A DNA stretch of 64,000 nucleotides from a virus (lineage: Duplodnaviria > Caudoviricetes): IMG/VR virus record IMGVR_UViG_2884366220_000001, positions 1 through 64,000 of that record; one strand, given 5' to 3'. Under the pieces are notes generated by a model. The model was not told the DNA's origin, searched no databases, and saw only the letters and a list, made by a program, of their open reading frames with translations. A program made the translations under genes and the position numbers. Positions 9,399 to 18,896 of this stretch are shown here, in pieces (the first letter of the stretch is position 1; each line of letters opens with the position of its first letter).

Positions 9399-10904
9399 AT
9401 GATTAGCCAATTTCAAATCCTTTCCGCCCTGCTACGCCACAAGTGGGCCATCGAACCCATCTGGGCCGAACAGCACCAAACGCTACTTGATAGCTACCTG
9501 GCTGGTAAGCTGGATTTGAAGCTGCTGCAACAAAACGCCATTGATGAGGCCGGGGGCGTCGATCCGATCAGCTCGATCGGCTACGTACTGGCGTCGGACG
9601 AGGTCGACACACCGCCCGGCGGCCCGGCCGTTACCGCCACTAACCCCCGCAACCGCTATGCGCTAGACAACCCTGACCTCCCCGAAAACAGCGTATTCGT
9701 CCTTGATATTCGCGGGCCGATTATGAAGGAAACCACGTGCTGCACACTAGGCACGGAGGACTACGCTAAACTGATTCGTCGTGCCTACGCACACCCCAAA
9801 ATCATCGGTATTGTCAACCTGGTCGATTCGCCAGGTGGCCAGCTGTTTGGTACCCCGACGCTGTACGACGCCATTCGAGATCCACAAAAGCCGGTTGTTT
9901 CGGTAGTATGCGAGGGACTCATGGCGTCGGCAGCGTACTGGCTGGCCTGCGGCTCCGACGAGATTCTGGCGACCCAGCAGACCGATATGATCGGCTCTAT
10001 TGGCGTATTCGTCAGCTTTCGGGACAACCGGAAGGCGCTGGCGCTGGCCGGTATCGAGGTTCACACGGTCTATTCTGACCGCTCAGCCGAGAAAAACAAA
10101 CCGTTCCGCGACGCACTGGAAGGCGATACAGCGGCCCTGACGGAAGATCTGAACCAGGCTGCCGACTTATTCCGTGTCGCCGTCGAAACCGGCCGTGGTG
10201 CCAAGCTGAAGCCCGTCACGAAGGGCGGTGCCGACGTGTTCAAAGGCGGTCTGTTCTACGCATCCAAAGCGATCGAGTTAGGGCTTATTGACGGCTTCGG
10301 CGACCTCGACGTGGCCGTAGCCCGCGTGGCGGAGCTGGCAAAGCAACCCCGCGCGACGGCCGTGGAACCTACGCCTGCCGAACCGACCGGCGACGGCAAC
10401 GATCTGGACGACGAACACGACAACGACAACGACCCTGAAGCTGACGCTTCCACGCCTGTCACTGAGCCTGTTCTGGCCAGCCAGGATTCTTCTGTTTCCC
10501 CAACTAATCAAACCGACACAACCATGTTTGGCGACAAACACAAACTCATTACGGCCCTTGCTGGCGTCGAGTCTTCGGCCATTACCGATGATCAGCTCAA
10601 CGCAATCAATGCTAACCTGGATGCTCAGAACATCAAAGGTATTCGCGTCATCTCACAAGGCTATTTGGACGAGATGACAACTAGTGCTACAGCGCTGACG
10701 ACCGCTCAGGAGCAGGTGTCGAAGCTGACCCAGGAGCGTGACCAGCTGCAATCAAAGGTCAACGAATACGGCTCGCAGCCTGGCGTGCTGGGTACGACCT
10801 CGCAGAAAACCGAAGAGCCACAGGTAGCGGCCGGCGATGACGAAGAAGTCATCTCGGAAACCGACGCCAAACTGCGCTCGATGGCCTCCCTGAAGGGCAA
10901 ATAA
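9399..10904 (+). CDS. S49-family prohead protease with C-terminal scaffold-like coiled coil
   Basis: DSPGG, MASAAYW and GSIGV motifs; acidic linker then coiled coil; directly upstream of capsid gene. Confidence 0.88.
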   Translation: MISQFQILSALLRHKWAIEPIWAEQHQTLLDSYLAGKLDLKLLQQNAIDEAGGVDPISSIGYVLASDEVDTPPGGPAVTATNPRNRYALDNPDLPENSVFVLDIRGPIMKETTCCTLGTEDYAKLIRRAYAHPKIIGIVNLVDSPGGQLFGTPTLYDAIRDPQKPVVSVVCEGLMASAAYWLACGSDEILATQQTDMIGSIGVFVSFRDNRKALALAGIEVHTVYSDRSAEKNKPFRDALEGDTAALTEDLNQAADLFRVAVETGRGAKLKPVTKGGADVFKGGLFYASKAIELGLIDGFGDLDVAVARVAELAKQPRATAVEPTPAEPTGDGNDLDDEHDNDNDPEADASTPVTEPVLASQDSSVSPTNQTDTTMFGDKHKLITALAGVESSAITDDQLNAINANLDAQNIKGIRVISQGYLDEMTTSATALTTAQEQVSKLTQERDQLQSKVNEYGSQPGVLGTTSQKTEEPQVAAGDDEEVISETDAKLRSMASLKGK

Positions 10905-10979
10905 CCTGATCGATCATCGACCGCCTTAGGCGGTCGATGATCGCAATTCTTACTCCGTAACTTCCTTAATCTCACAATT

Positions 10980-12056
10980 GTGGCAAAGACCCAAACCGAT
11001 CTGCAAGCGATTGCCGGCTACGCTGGCGAATACGCAGAAACGATTATTCTGGCCGTCATGCAGGCGCTCGACATCACCAAGGATGTCTCGGTGCTGACGA
11101 ACCTGAAGACATCAACCATCCTACCAAAATACGTTGCCAGCGAGGGGCTGCGGCCGTACAGTTCGGCTGTAAAAACGCCGAAAGGTCAGTCGGGTACGTT
11201 CAGCGCGCGTCGCATCGACCCACGTACGGCGATGAAGATTCTGGATATCATTCCGGAAGAATTCCGTGATACGTACCTGGCTCGTGGTCTGGCTGCCAAC
11301 GCCAAAGATTACCCACAGGGCTTCGGTCAGTACTTCTGGCTGGCACAAATTCTCAAAATCGCGGAAGAGATCAACGACAACATCTACCTGTCGATTGACC
11401 CCAAAACGGTTGCGCCATTCGATGCTACGGTGAACTACACCGTCGGAAGCAAAGTGTTCTTCGAGGAGAACTACTACCAGGTCGTAACGGCGACGACTGC
11501 TGGCCAGACGCCTACGAGCGTTCCTGCATCGTTTCTGGACATCAACAACAAATGCCTGGGTATCGGATTCGGTACCATCATCGCGCAGGAATACAACAGC
11601 CTTCCCGCTGCTAACCGTATTGCTACGGGCATTATCACCGATACCAATGCTTTCGACAAGGTATCGGGTATGTACAAAGCCATGCCGTCGAAAAAGCAGG
11701 CGTTGGGCGGTACCGCGTTTGTGTCGTACAACACCTACCAGAACTACCAGAGCAGCCTGCTCAACAAGTTCACTAATGGTACCTCGGCGTATGAAGTGCC
11801 CGGCAAACCCGGTATGCTGATTTTCGGCTCAGACGGTAAGTGGAACGTGCAGGCGGCCTCGTGGATGGGCAATTCGGGCCGGATCATCATGACCCAGCCG
11901 AAGAAAAACATGTTCATGGGCACCGACCAGCTGCCTGACCTGACGACGGTTGGTAACATGATCCCCCACATCCACGGCTTCCTGGCCAAGTTCCAGATGA
12001 TTCTGGCCTGCCAGTTCGCCGATATGGATACGCTGTTCGTAAACGACCAGGCGTAA
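10980..12056 (+). CDS. Major capsid protein with inserted CBM5/12-like domain
   Basis: 358 aa, immediately after the protease; insert FDATVNYTVGSKVFFEENYYQ. Confidence 0.72.
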   Translation: MAKTQTDLQAIAGYAGEYAETIILAVMQALDITKDVSVLTNLKTSTILPKYVASEGLRPYSSAVKTPKGQSGTFSARRIDPRTAMKILDIIPEEFRDTYLARGLAANAKDYPQGFGQYFWLAQILKIAEEINDNIYLSIDPKTVAPFDATVNYTVGSKVFFEENYYQVVTATTAGQTPTSVPASFLDINNKCLGIGFGTIIAQEYNSLPAANRIATGIITDTNAFDKVSGMYKAMPSKKQALGGTAFVSYNTYQNYQSSLLNKFTNGTSAYEVPGKPGMLIFGSDGKWNVQAASWMGNSGRIIMTQPKKNMFMGTDQLPDLTTVGNMIPHIHGFLAKFQMILACQFADMDTLFVNDQA

Positions 12057-12143
12057 TTCGACTTAACCCAGACTATTCTTCAACCCTGACGATTGGATGC
12101 CCGCGATAGGTGGGCATCCAATCATTCAAACAGACTTACTACT

Positions 12144-12470
12144 GTGGAACTCACTAAGGAACAGGAGGAAATAGAAGCCCTCAAATTACAACTGAAAGCG
12201 GCTAACGAAGCCAAAGAAGCCAGCGCCCGTCAAGTACTCGAGGCCGGTGAAGTGGTGCAGGATCTCAAGAAGCAATTGGCTGAGAAGCCTGCTGCTGACG
12301 AGGAAAAGACGTATGGCAAGGTCACTGTCGGCAAAGCGACGTATGATCTGGTCGTTCCTTCCTTCAACTACCTGGGTGAAATCGTCACCATCGACGTGCT
12401 CAACCAGAAGTCGAAACTCGCTGAGCAGCTGGTGAAGGACGGCGTATCGTTCCTGCAAAAAGCTGAGTAG
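12144..12470 (+). CDS. Hypothetical coiled-coil phage protein (GTG start)
   Basis: In-frame GTG downstream of an intergenic hairpin. Confidence 0.65.
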   Translation: MELTKEQEEIEALKLQLKAANEAKEASARQVLEAGEVVQDLKKQLAEKPAADEEKTYGKVTVGKATYDLVVPSFNYLGEIVTIDVLNQKSKLAEQLVKDGVSFLQKAE

Positions 12471-12538
12471 TTCAATCCATTCAGGTTAGACCGGTCGACA
12501 GACCGGTTTAACCGCTTCACTCCGTAACGACCCCAACA

Positions 12539-13071
12539 ATGGACTACACAAACCTTCTCGGCCCCGATGGTACCGAGAACAATATGGGGGTACCGAGCTG
12601 TTTTTCTATTTGATCTCGCACTCAAATATTAAAACGTTCGGCACGCCACCAGCCAACCCGGCTACGCCAGCTGATGCCTACGTGATTACAACTCCTCACG
12701 TGTGCAACACCGGAAAGAACTTCACTCAGGTCTACTGTACGCCCGATACCTCAGAACTGGAGGGCGGAATGAACGGCGAAATTGACGGCCGTAGCTTCAA
12801 AGTGACCTTCAAATTTTTCTATCCGGGTTCGAAGAAAGAGCTATTCGCCTTCAAGAACCGGGTTAAAAACGACAAGTTCGTTCTGGAGGTGCCGCTGTCT
12901 GACGGGACAATTATCCAGATCGGGTCGGCCAAATTTCCGGCCTACATCGCCCCCAGCTTTAAATCGGAAAAGATGTCAGGCCGTGGTAAAGGAGCGGAGT
13001 TCGAGGTTACGTGCTGGATGCCGGATATGCTGATTTACAGCGCAGCCATCCCGCTCACGCCAGCGGTTTAA
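12539..13071 (+). CDS. Major tail-tube-like protein; frameshift in G run 12586-12590
   Basis: ATG 12539 (MDYTNLLGPDGTENNMG) joins ORF 12610..13071 if G5 is read as G6; role inferred from size, position and beta-rich sequence. Confidence 0.6.
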
Positions 13072-13083
13072 CCAACCTCAGCC

Positions 13084-13287
13084 ATGCCGAAAGAAACAAC
13101 TAAGGCGGCTTCCACCAAAGGCATTGTCGGTCTGCTAGCGACCGACTCGATGCTGATCAGGTTCGCCGGGCGTGATTACGACCTGGCGAACCTATCGGCC
13201 GACGATGAGGCATACCTGCGTCAGTTTCCCGACCAGGTGCCCTATCTGCAAAAACCATTAGACGTGAGCAACCCTGCCAACGACTAG
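13084..13287 (+). CDS. Small hypothetical phage protein
   Basis: ATG ORF followed by terminator. Confidence 0.65.
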   Translation: MPKETTKAASTKGIVGLLATDSMLIRFAGRDYDLANLSADDEAYLRQFPDQVPYLQKPLDVSNPAND

Positions 13288-13304
13288 TACTGTGGAACGC
13301 CGAT

Positions 13305-13338
13305 AAGAAGCCTGCCGATTGGCGGGCTTCTTTCTTTC
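13305..13338 (+). terminator. Intrinsic terminator
   Basis: AAGAAGCCTGCC-GATT-GGCGGGCTTCTT followed by TCTTT. Confidence 0.7.
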
Positions 13339-13353
13339 AACCCTAACGCACTC

Positions 13354-14016
13354 ATGCAACCTACGCTACTCGAACAACTGGCCGCCTGGCTTGACAACCG
13401 CGTCTACGACGTCGGGGTATTGCTGTATCAGCAGATCCACGGCGACGGGTTCATGCTGTCGATGCTGAAGGGCGGTGCCGACGACTATAACCGGAAGAAA
13501 CTCACCGACGCCCTACAGACTCATCACGATCAGCTGAGTGCGGCAGAAACCGCCCTGGTCGAAAGCTACCCCGAGTCGCTGACCGGTGATCTGGAGCGGG
13601 GTAAGATCCTGATGGATGAGCGTACTGCGCTGAAGGAGCGAATGCGGTACATGGCCGATCAGGGCATCACCAAAGGCGAAGACCTCAAACGCCTGGCGTA
13701 CCGGGTGCTGACCATCCGGGATGATCTCGGTACCATCTACGGCCGTAAGGAATTCTTCCGCCAGCATGGCTACATGCCAGACGCGCCGGCCGTCGACCCG
13801 GCCATCACGGAAGCCGCGCTGATGAAGCGGCTTTTGTCGGTTCGGACCTACATCAGCAAAGAAACCCGGCGGCTCGCGCAGCTGACCGCTGACGACCCGA
13901 AACGACCCAAATACGAGCAGAAACTACGGGCATTCACCAGTGAGGCCGAGCAGCTTAAGCAGCAGCTGGCAACGCTGACTAATAACCCATACGATAATGT
14001 CACTATTCTCGACTAG
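13354..14016 (+). CDS. Hypothetical helical phage protein
   Basis: ATG ORF heading the packaging operon. Confidence 0.7.
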   Translation: MQPTLLEQLAAWLDNRVYDVGVLLYQQIHGDGFMLSMLKGGADDYNRKKLTDALQTHHDQLSAAETALVESYPESLTGDLERGKILMDERTALKERMRYMADQGITKGEDLKRLAYRVLTIRDDLGTIYGRKEFFRQHGYMPDAPAVDPAITEAALMKRLLSVRTYISKETRRLAQLTADDPKRPKYEQKLRAFTSEAEQLKQQLATLTNNPYDNVTILD

Positions 14017-14608
14017 CGAGGCCCACGACTATGCCAAACCCCAACACGACAAAGCTGCCGTGTGCAGCAGTGTTGAGCAACATTCGAATACGCTCCTTGG
14101 TCGAGTTTCGGATGCTGTCGACGCAGTGTTCCCACCGCTCGAGCGGGGAAACACCTACCACTACGCCAGTGCCGGCCTGTGGAGCACGCACGACCTCCTG
14201 TTGCACATCCTGCGCCAGACCGGCCCGGCCCGGATCTGGATTGCCACCTGGTCAATGACCGAGGATGCCTGCCGCGTGCTCGTGCAGGGCATTCAGGAGG
14301 GTATCATTCAGGATCTGCGGCTACTCATCGACTCACGGGTAATTACTCGCAATGCGAGCGCCTATGCGTTTGTCTCTTCTCATGCCGAAAAGACTCGGAT
14401 TACCGCCTGTCACGCGAAAGTGACGGTGATCGAGAACGACGCCTGGGCTGTGTCGATGGTCGGCTCAGCAAACTACACGAATAACCCCCGGATCGAAGCC
14501 GGTGTGGTCACCGAGAGCCGCCCGGTTGCGGCTTTTCACCGCGACTGGATCGACCGCGAAATGGAGAAAGCCAAGCCTTTTGGCGAAACCCTCAAACTCT
14601 TACGATGA
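13997..14608 (+). CDS. Phospholipase D-superfamily (single HKD) nuclease-like protein
   Basis: CHAKVTVIEND...VGSANYT motif. Confidence 0.8.
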   Translation: MSLFSTSEAHDYAKPQHDKAAVCSSVEQHSNTLLGRVSDAVDAVFPPLERGNTYHYASAGLWSTHDLLLHILRQTGPARIWIATWSMTEDACRVLVQGIQEGIIQDLRLLIDSRVITRNASAYAFVSSHAEKTRITACHAKVTVIENDAWAVSMVGSANYTNNPRIEAGVVTESRPVAAFHRDWIDREMEKAKPFGETLKLLR

Positions 14609-14880
14609 AACTAACGGCTGAACAGCTGACCGAACTGGAGAGTCTGGCCAGCTACTTTTTCACTCCCGACGAATGCGCTATTGTACTGTCGATATCCACC
14701 GACGATCTGGAAATCGCACTGGAAGACGACACGCACCCGGCCTACAAAGCCTATCAGCGCGGCAAACTCAAATCGAAACTGGAGCTACGGAAATCAATCC
14801 TGACGCTGGCCAAGCAGGGTTCGTCGCCCGCGCAGACGATGGCCCTTCGCCTGCTCGATGAATCGGAATCACTCGATTAA
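14605..14880 (+). CDS. Small HTH-like packaging-region protein (terminase small subunit candidate)
   Basis: FTPDECAIVLSIS helix-turn-helix-like stretch; upstream of terL. Confidence 0.5.
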   Translation: MKLTAEQLTELESLASYFFTPDECAIVLSISTDDLEIALEDDTHPAYKAYQRGKLKSKLELRKSILTLAKQGSSPAQTMALRLLDESESLD

Positions 14881-14889
14881 CCCACCGAC

Positions 14890-15516
14890 ATGAACACTGA
14901 CGTAGGATTTCTTGACCCCGACGTACCGAGCCGCCACGACGATAAGTTCGACGCCATCGTTCGGTGGTACAACGATGACCGGGATATGGACGACCCGGCC
15001 CGGCGACAGCTGAGCAAATCACTCCAGGAGCAGTACGAGCGGTGGCAGTACATCTATTCCATCCTGACGCTGCCCAAAATCCGGTTTAAATCGGATACCA
15101 TGCTGGTAAAGCGGCTCAAAGAGAAGTGGCCGACGCTGTCGGATCGGGTGCTACGCTACGCCATTGCCGACACGCGCCGGTTCTACGCGCAGCTGGAGCA
15201 GCCTGTTCTCGACTGGGAGCGGGTTATGCTCATTACCAATATGAAACGGGCGATGGAGCGGGCGGAAAAGAAAGGTGATTTCAAATCGCTGGGAGCCATG
15301 TTCGGGCATTATATCAAGCTCATTGGTGCTGATAAGCCGCAGACGCCCGTCGACAACCGCACGATTATCAACTTCATCAACTTCAACCCGGAACAACTGG
15401 GAGGGAAGCAGATCCCGGATGATAAGCTGGAGGCACTTATTGCCCAGATGCAGGCCAGCGATCGTAAAAAACAACAAGCCCTTTTTGACGACTTCGAGGA
15501 TGTCTCAGCTGCCTGA
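14890..15516 (+). CDS. Hypothetical protein (terminase small subunit candidate)
   Basis: Overlaps the start of terL. Confidence 0.55.
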   Translation: MNTDVGFLDPDVPSRHDDKFDAIVRWYNDDRDMDDPARRQLSKSLQEQYERWQYIYSILTLPKIRFKSDTMLVKRLKEKWPTLSDRVLRYAIADTRRFYAQLEQPVLDWERVMLITNMKRAMERAEKKGDFKSLGAMFGHYIKLIGADKPQTPVDNRTIINFINFNPEQLGGKQIPDDKLEALIAQMQASDRKKQQALFDDFEDVSAA

Positions 15517-17233
15517 TCGTTACCAGATGGGGTCATTGCTGAGCGATGATCTCGATACAGCCGTAAAACTGGCGCAGGTTCCCCTCGACCCGCGTAAGTT
15601 GAGCGATGACGTAAAAATTGAGTCCAAACACTTCAATAAACCCCAGATCCGCTCTATGTCGGTTGGGGCCAATGAAGAATATGCAGTCTGGGGTCGGGGT
15701 ACCGGTAAATCGGAAGGGCTTATTGCCCCGCGTTCGTTTCGAAACGTCGACGTGATGCCCAGGGCGCACGGTTGTTTCGCTGGTTCGACCTACCTGCAAT
15801 TGCTGGAGCGGACGCTGCCCCCCGTGATCAAAGGCTGGGAACAGATGGGCTGGCAGCGCGGCCGTGACTTCTGGATTCGGGAGCGACCACCCAAGCACCT
15901 GAACATTCCGACGCCGATTGTTGGCCCTGTCGTTTCGGATCACTGTATTTTCTTTAAAAACGGCGCGGTGGCGTCGATGGTGTCGCAGGATCGGCCGGGT
16001 TCGGCCAACGGTAAAACGGTGCATTGGATCGTCGGTGACGAAGCGAAGTTCCTGGATAAAGCGAAGCTCGACAACGAACTGTTGATGACCAACCGGGGCG
16101 ACGAACGCTATTTCGGGGGCATTCCGGAGTTTCACAGCCTGCTTTTCTGCACCGATATGCCCACATCGAAGGCCGCGATGTGGATACTCGAGGAGGAGAA
16201 GCGGATGGATCGGCAGCGGGTCGAACTGCTGCTGAGCATCCGGGTAAAGATCTATGAGTTGTATGGTCAGCTGATCGCTCACCCCAGCAAGCGGGTGTCG
16301 ATCATGAAGGCCATTCAGAAAAAGCAGGCCGAGTGGGATAGCATCCGGGCTAAATGCGTGTTTTTCTCGGAAGCATCGACGCTTGACAACATTCACGGCT
16401 TCGGAGCGGACAACATCCGACGGCTGCGCGAGAAGCTGCCCGCGTTCATCTTCAACACGGCTATTCTGAATCAGCGGCCGTTCCTGACCGAAAACGCGTT
16501 CTATCCGGATCTGGACGAACACCACTTCTACGACAAGGAAGATCACGCCTACATCAACAGCTTCAATATTGAGGATTTCGGTAAGGGGCTGTTCAATGAT
16601 TCGCGCAAAGATGCCGACGTCGACAAATACCGGCCGCTCGATATTGGTATTGACAACGGTGCATCGATCAACGCACTGCTGGTAGGGCAGCCCCACGGCC
16701 GCACCTATCGCATTCTGAAGGAACTGTACGTATTGCACCCTGAGCGGGTTGTCGATCTGGCTAGGGCATTCTGCGAATACTACCGTTACCATCCCTGCAA
16801 AGAGGTCAATTACTTCTATGACCATACGGCGATCGGTACATCGGCCGTAAGTAACGCATCCCCAGCCGAGGTATTCATCGACTACCTGATGGAAGCAGGC
16901 TGGATCGTACACCGTCATTTTATTGGAGCTACGCTCGATCCTGAATGGCGGTATGAACTGTGGGGTATGTGCCTGCGGGGTGGTGGTGATCGGCTGTTCA
17001 AGATTGCCATGAATCGGCACAACTGCGAGTATGTACGCATCTCGATGCAGTCTACCCAGATTGCCCAGGGCACGACCGGCTTTCGCAAGAACAAGAATGA
17101 TGAGAAGAACAGTGAGCTGGACCAACGGACAACCACCCACTTCAGCGATGCAATCGACACCCTGCTAGTAGGGGCACACATGGTACATCGCTTCGAAGAT
17201 CCTGTTGCCTTCAAATCCATATTCATGAATTAA
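15500..17233 (+). CDS. terL: Terminase large subunit
   Basis: Walker A WGRGTGKS, Walker B WIVGDEAK, RNase H-like DIGIDNG and C-terminal HFSDAID. Confidence 0.85.
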   Translation: MSQLPDRYQMGSLLSDDLDTAVKLAQVPLDPRKLSDDVKIESKHFNKPQIRSMSVGANEEYAVWGRGTGKSEGLIAPRSFRNVDVMPRAHGCFAGSTYLQLLERTLPPVIKGWEQMGWQRGRDFWIRERPPKHLNIPTPIVGPVVSDHCIFFKNGAVASMVSQDRPGSANGKTVHWIVGDEAKFLDKAKLDNELLMTNRGDERYFGGIPEFHSLLFCTDMPTSKAAMWILEEEKRMDRQRVELLLSIRVKIYELYGQLIAHPSKRVSIMKAIQKKQAEWDSIRAKCVFFSEASTLDNIHGFGADNIRRLREKLPAFIFNTAILNQRPFLTENAFYPDLDEHHFYDKEDHAYINSFNIEDFGKGLFNDSRKDADVDKYRPLDIGIDNGASINALLVGQPHGRTYRILKELYVLHPERVVDLARAFCEYYRYHPCKEVNYFYDHTAIGTSAVSNASPAEVFIDYLMEAGWIVHRHFIGATLDPEWRYELWGMCLRGGGDRLFKIAMNRHNCEYVRISMQSTQIAQGTTGFRKNKNDEKNSELDQRTTTHFSDAIDTLLVGAHMVHRFEDPVAFKSIFMN

Positions 17234-17256
17234 GCAGCCCAGTAGGGTAGGGCAGT

Positions 17257-17295
17257 AGCGGCCCGGTCAGATCTGACCGGGCCGCTTCGTTTTTG
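17257..17295 (+). terminator. Terminator built on a 30-bp perfect palindrome
   Basis: AGCGGCCCGGTCAGATCTGACCGGGCCGCT then TCGTTTTT. Confidence 0.75.
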
Positions 17296-17869
17296 TCCTA
17301 TAAATTCGGACAGTGTTCGTGTAGGGCATTTGGTGACGTATATACATACACGTTAATTGAATGGGTGTATGTGTAGGGCACTCGCTGGTACCCAGCGGTA
17401 AACGGCCGGTGTGTTGTTGATGCAAACCAAATCGGATGCTGTGTGTGTAGGGCACCTGCCGGTGCCCAGCGTGGCCCAGCCCCAGCGCGGCCAGACGCGC
17501 ACACGTGCCCGCAGACAGGCTAACGAGTCGTGCCAGTAGTCAACGCAGTAGCCTCTCGACGGCCCCGCAGACGCACCCAGACGCGCCCAGAATGCGGGTT
17601 CTCGACCCCTCCGACCCCGCCAAAATTATCGCCCCCACCCCCCCCTCGGCAATTGCTTTTTTGGTCTGTGCGTGGCATGGGGGGGGTAAACCCCGGACGC
17701 GGAGCGTTCACCAGCGGAAACCGGTCAAGTGTCTGAAAAACAGTAGTTTAGACTGTTTTTAAATTGCAAAAATACTTACAATGCCGTTGCAAATTTACGA
17801 CGGTTTGCGTACCTTTAATACATGGAAATCAAGCAGATAACCAGTTAAAAACACAAAAAAGCAACTTTT

Positions 17870-18778
17870 ATGGAAGGTACAAAACGCGACCACTTCGCAG
17901 AGGTCACCGGGAAAATTATTGCCCAATTGGAACAGGGTATCGTACCGTGGCATCAGCCGTGGGGCTTCTGCGAACCCGCACAAAATCACTTCACCGGCCA
18001 CCGCTACCGCGGTATCAATTCGCTACTGATGCTGATGGAGGACTATAAAACGCCCTACTTCGCGACCATCAAGCAGATTAACGAAGCCGGTGGGCGCGTC
18101 AAGAAGGGAAGCAAATCGACACAGGTTTATTTTCACGACTGTATTTACAAGGACAAAAACGGCGCACGGCTAACCCCCGACGTTGCTTTACCCCGCATCA
18201 AAGCCGGTGATTCGACCGTCAGAAAGTACCCGTTTATTCGCCTGTTTCCGGTGTTTAATATGGATTCGGTGGAAGGGTGCCCCGTTAAGTCAGCCATACG
18301 CCGGAGCGAAACCGATAACCACGAGATAGCGGTCTGTGCGGACTTCGTTACCGCCCTGAATTTGGGCAACCAGTTGCGCCACGCCAACGTTGACGAAGCC
18401 TTTTTTCACAAAAAGGATGATTACGTGCAGATGCCCCCGCTGGACGTGTTCCGCAGTTCGGAATTGTACTACGGTGTTTTGTTCCACGAGCTGACCCACT
18501 GGACGGGACACGCCGACCGGTTGAATCGAAAGACGTTGACCGAAGCCCTGAAATTTGGCGACACCAATTACTCACTGGAAGAACTGACCGCCGAACTCGG
18601 CAGTACGTTTCTGTGCAATACGTTCGGTATTGATACGCCCGACACCCTACAGAACCAAGCCGCCTACATTGCCAACTGGCTGGGCGTGCTCAAAAAGAAC
18701 AGCCGCTTTATCTGGGATGCCGCCAGCGACGCACAGGCCGCATTTACGTACCTGATCGACCGCGCAGGTACTTATTAG
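17870..18778 (+). CDS. ardC: ArdC-family anti-restriction protein (ssDNA-binding + zincin-like domain)
   Basis: PWHQPW, YRGINSLLL, FHELTHWTGH, YSLEELTAE and AAYIANWL motifs. Confidence 0.9.
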   Translation: MEGTKRDHFAEVTGKIIAQLEQGIVPWHQPWGFCEPAQNHFTGHRYRGINSLLMLMEDYKTPYFATIKQINEAGGRVKKGSKSTQVYFHDCIYKDKNGARLTPDVALPRIKAGDSTVRKYPFIRLFPVFNMDSVEGCPVKSAIRRSETDNHEIAVCADFVTALNLGNQLRHANVDEAFFHKKDDYVQMPPLDVFRSSELYYGVLFHELTHWTGHADRLNRKTLTEALKFGDTNYSLEELTAELGSTFLCNTFGIDTPDTLQNQAAYIANWLGVLKKNSRFIWDAASDAQAAFTYLIDRAGTY

Positions 18779-18896
18779 TCAACTCAATTTATCGGAGTCC
18801 CTACCGGTCGTTTTTCGCCCGACAGGACAACTACGCCCAATCCTCAGCATTACCCAGTTTTCAATACATCAATCCATCAAAAACCAGTCAAATCCA

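Noticed and set aside
15533-17140. 535-aa minus-strand ORF and similar antisense ORFs (22508, 4784, 40748)
   Set aside because: Shadow frames of GC-rich genes with clear motifs on the + strand
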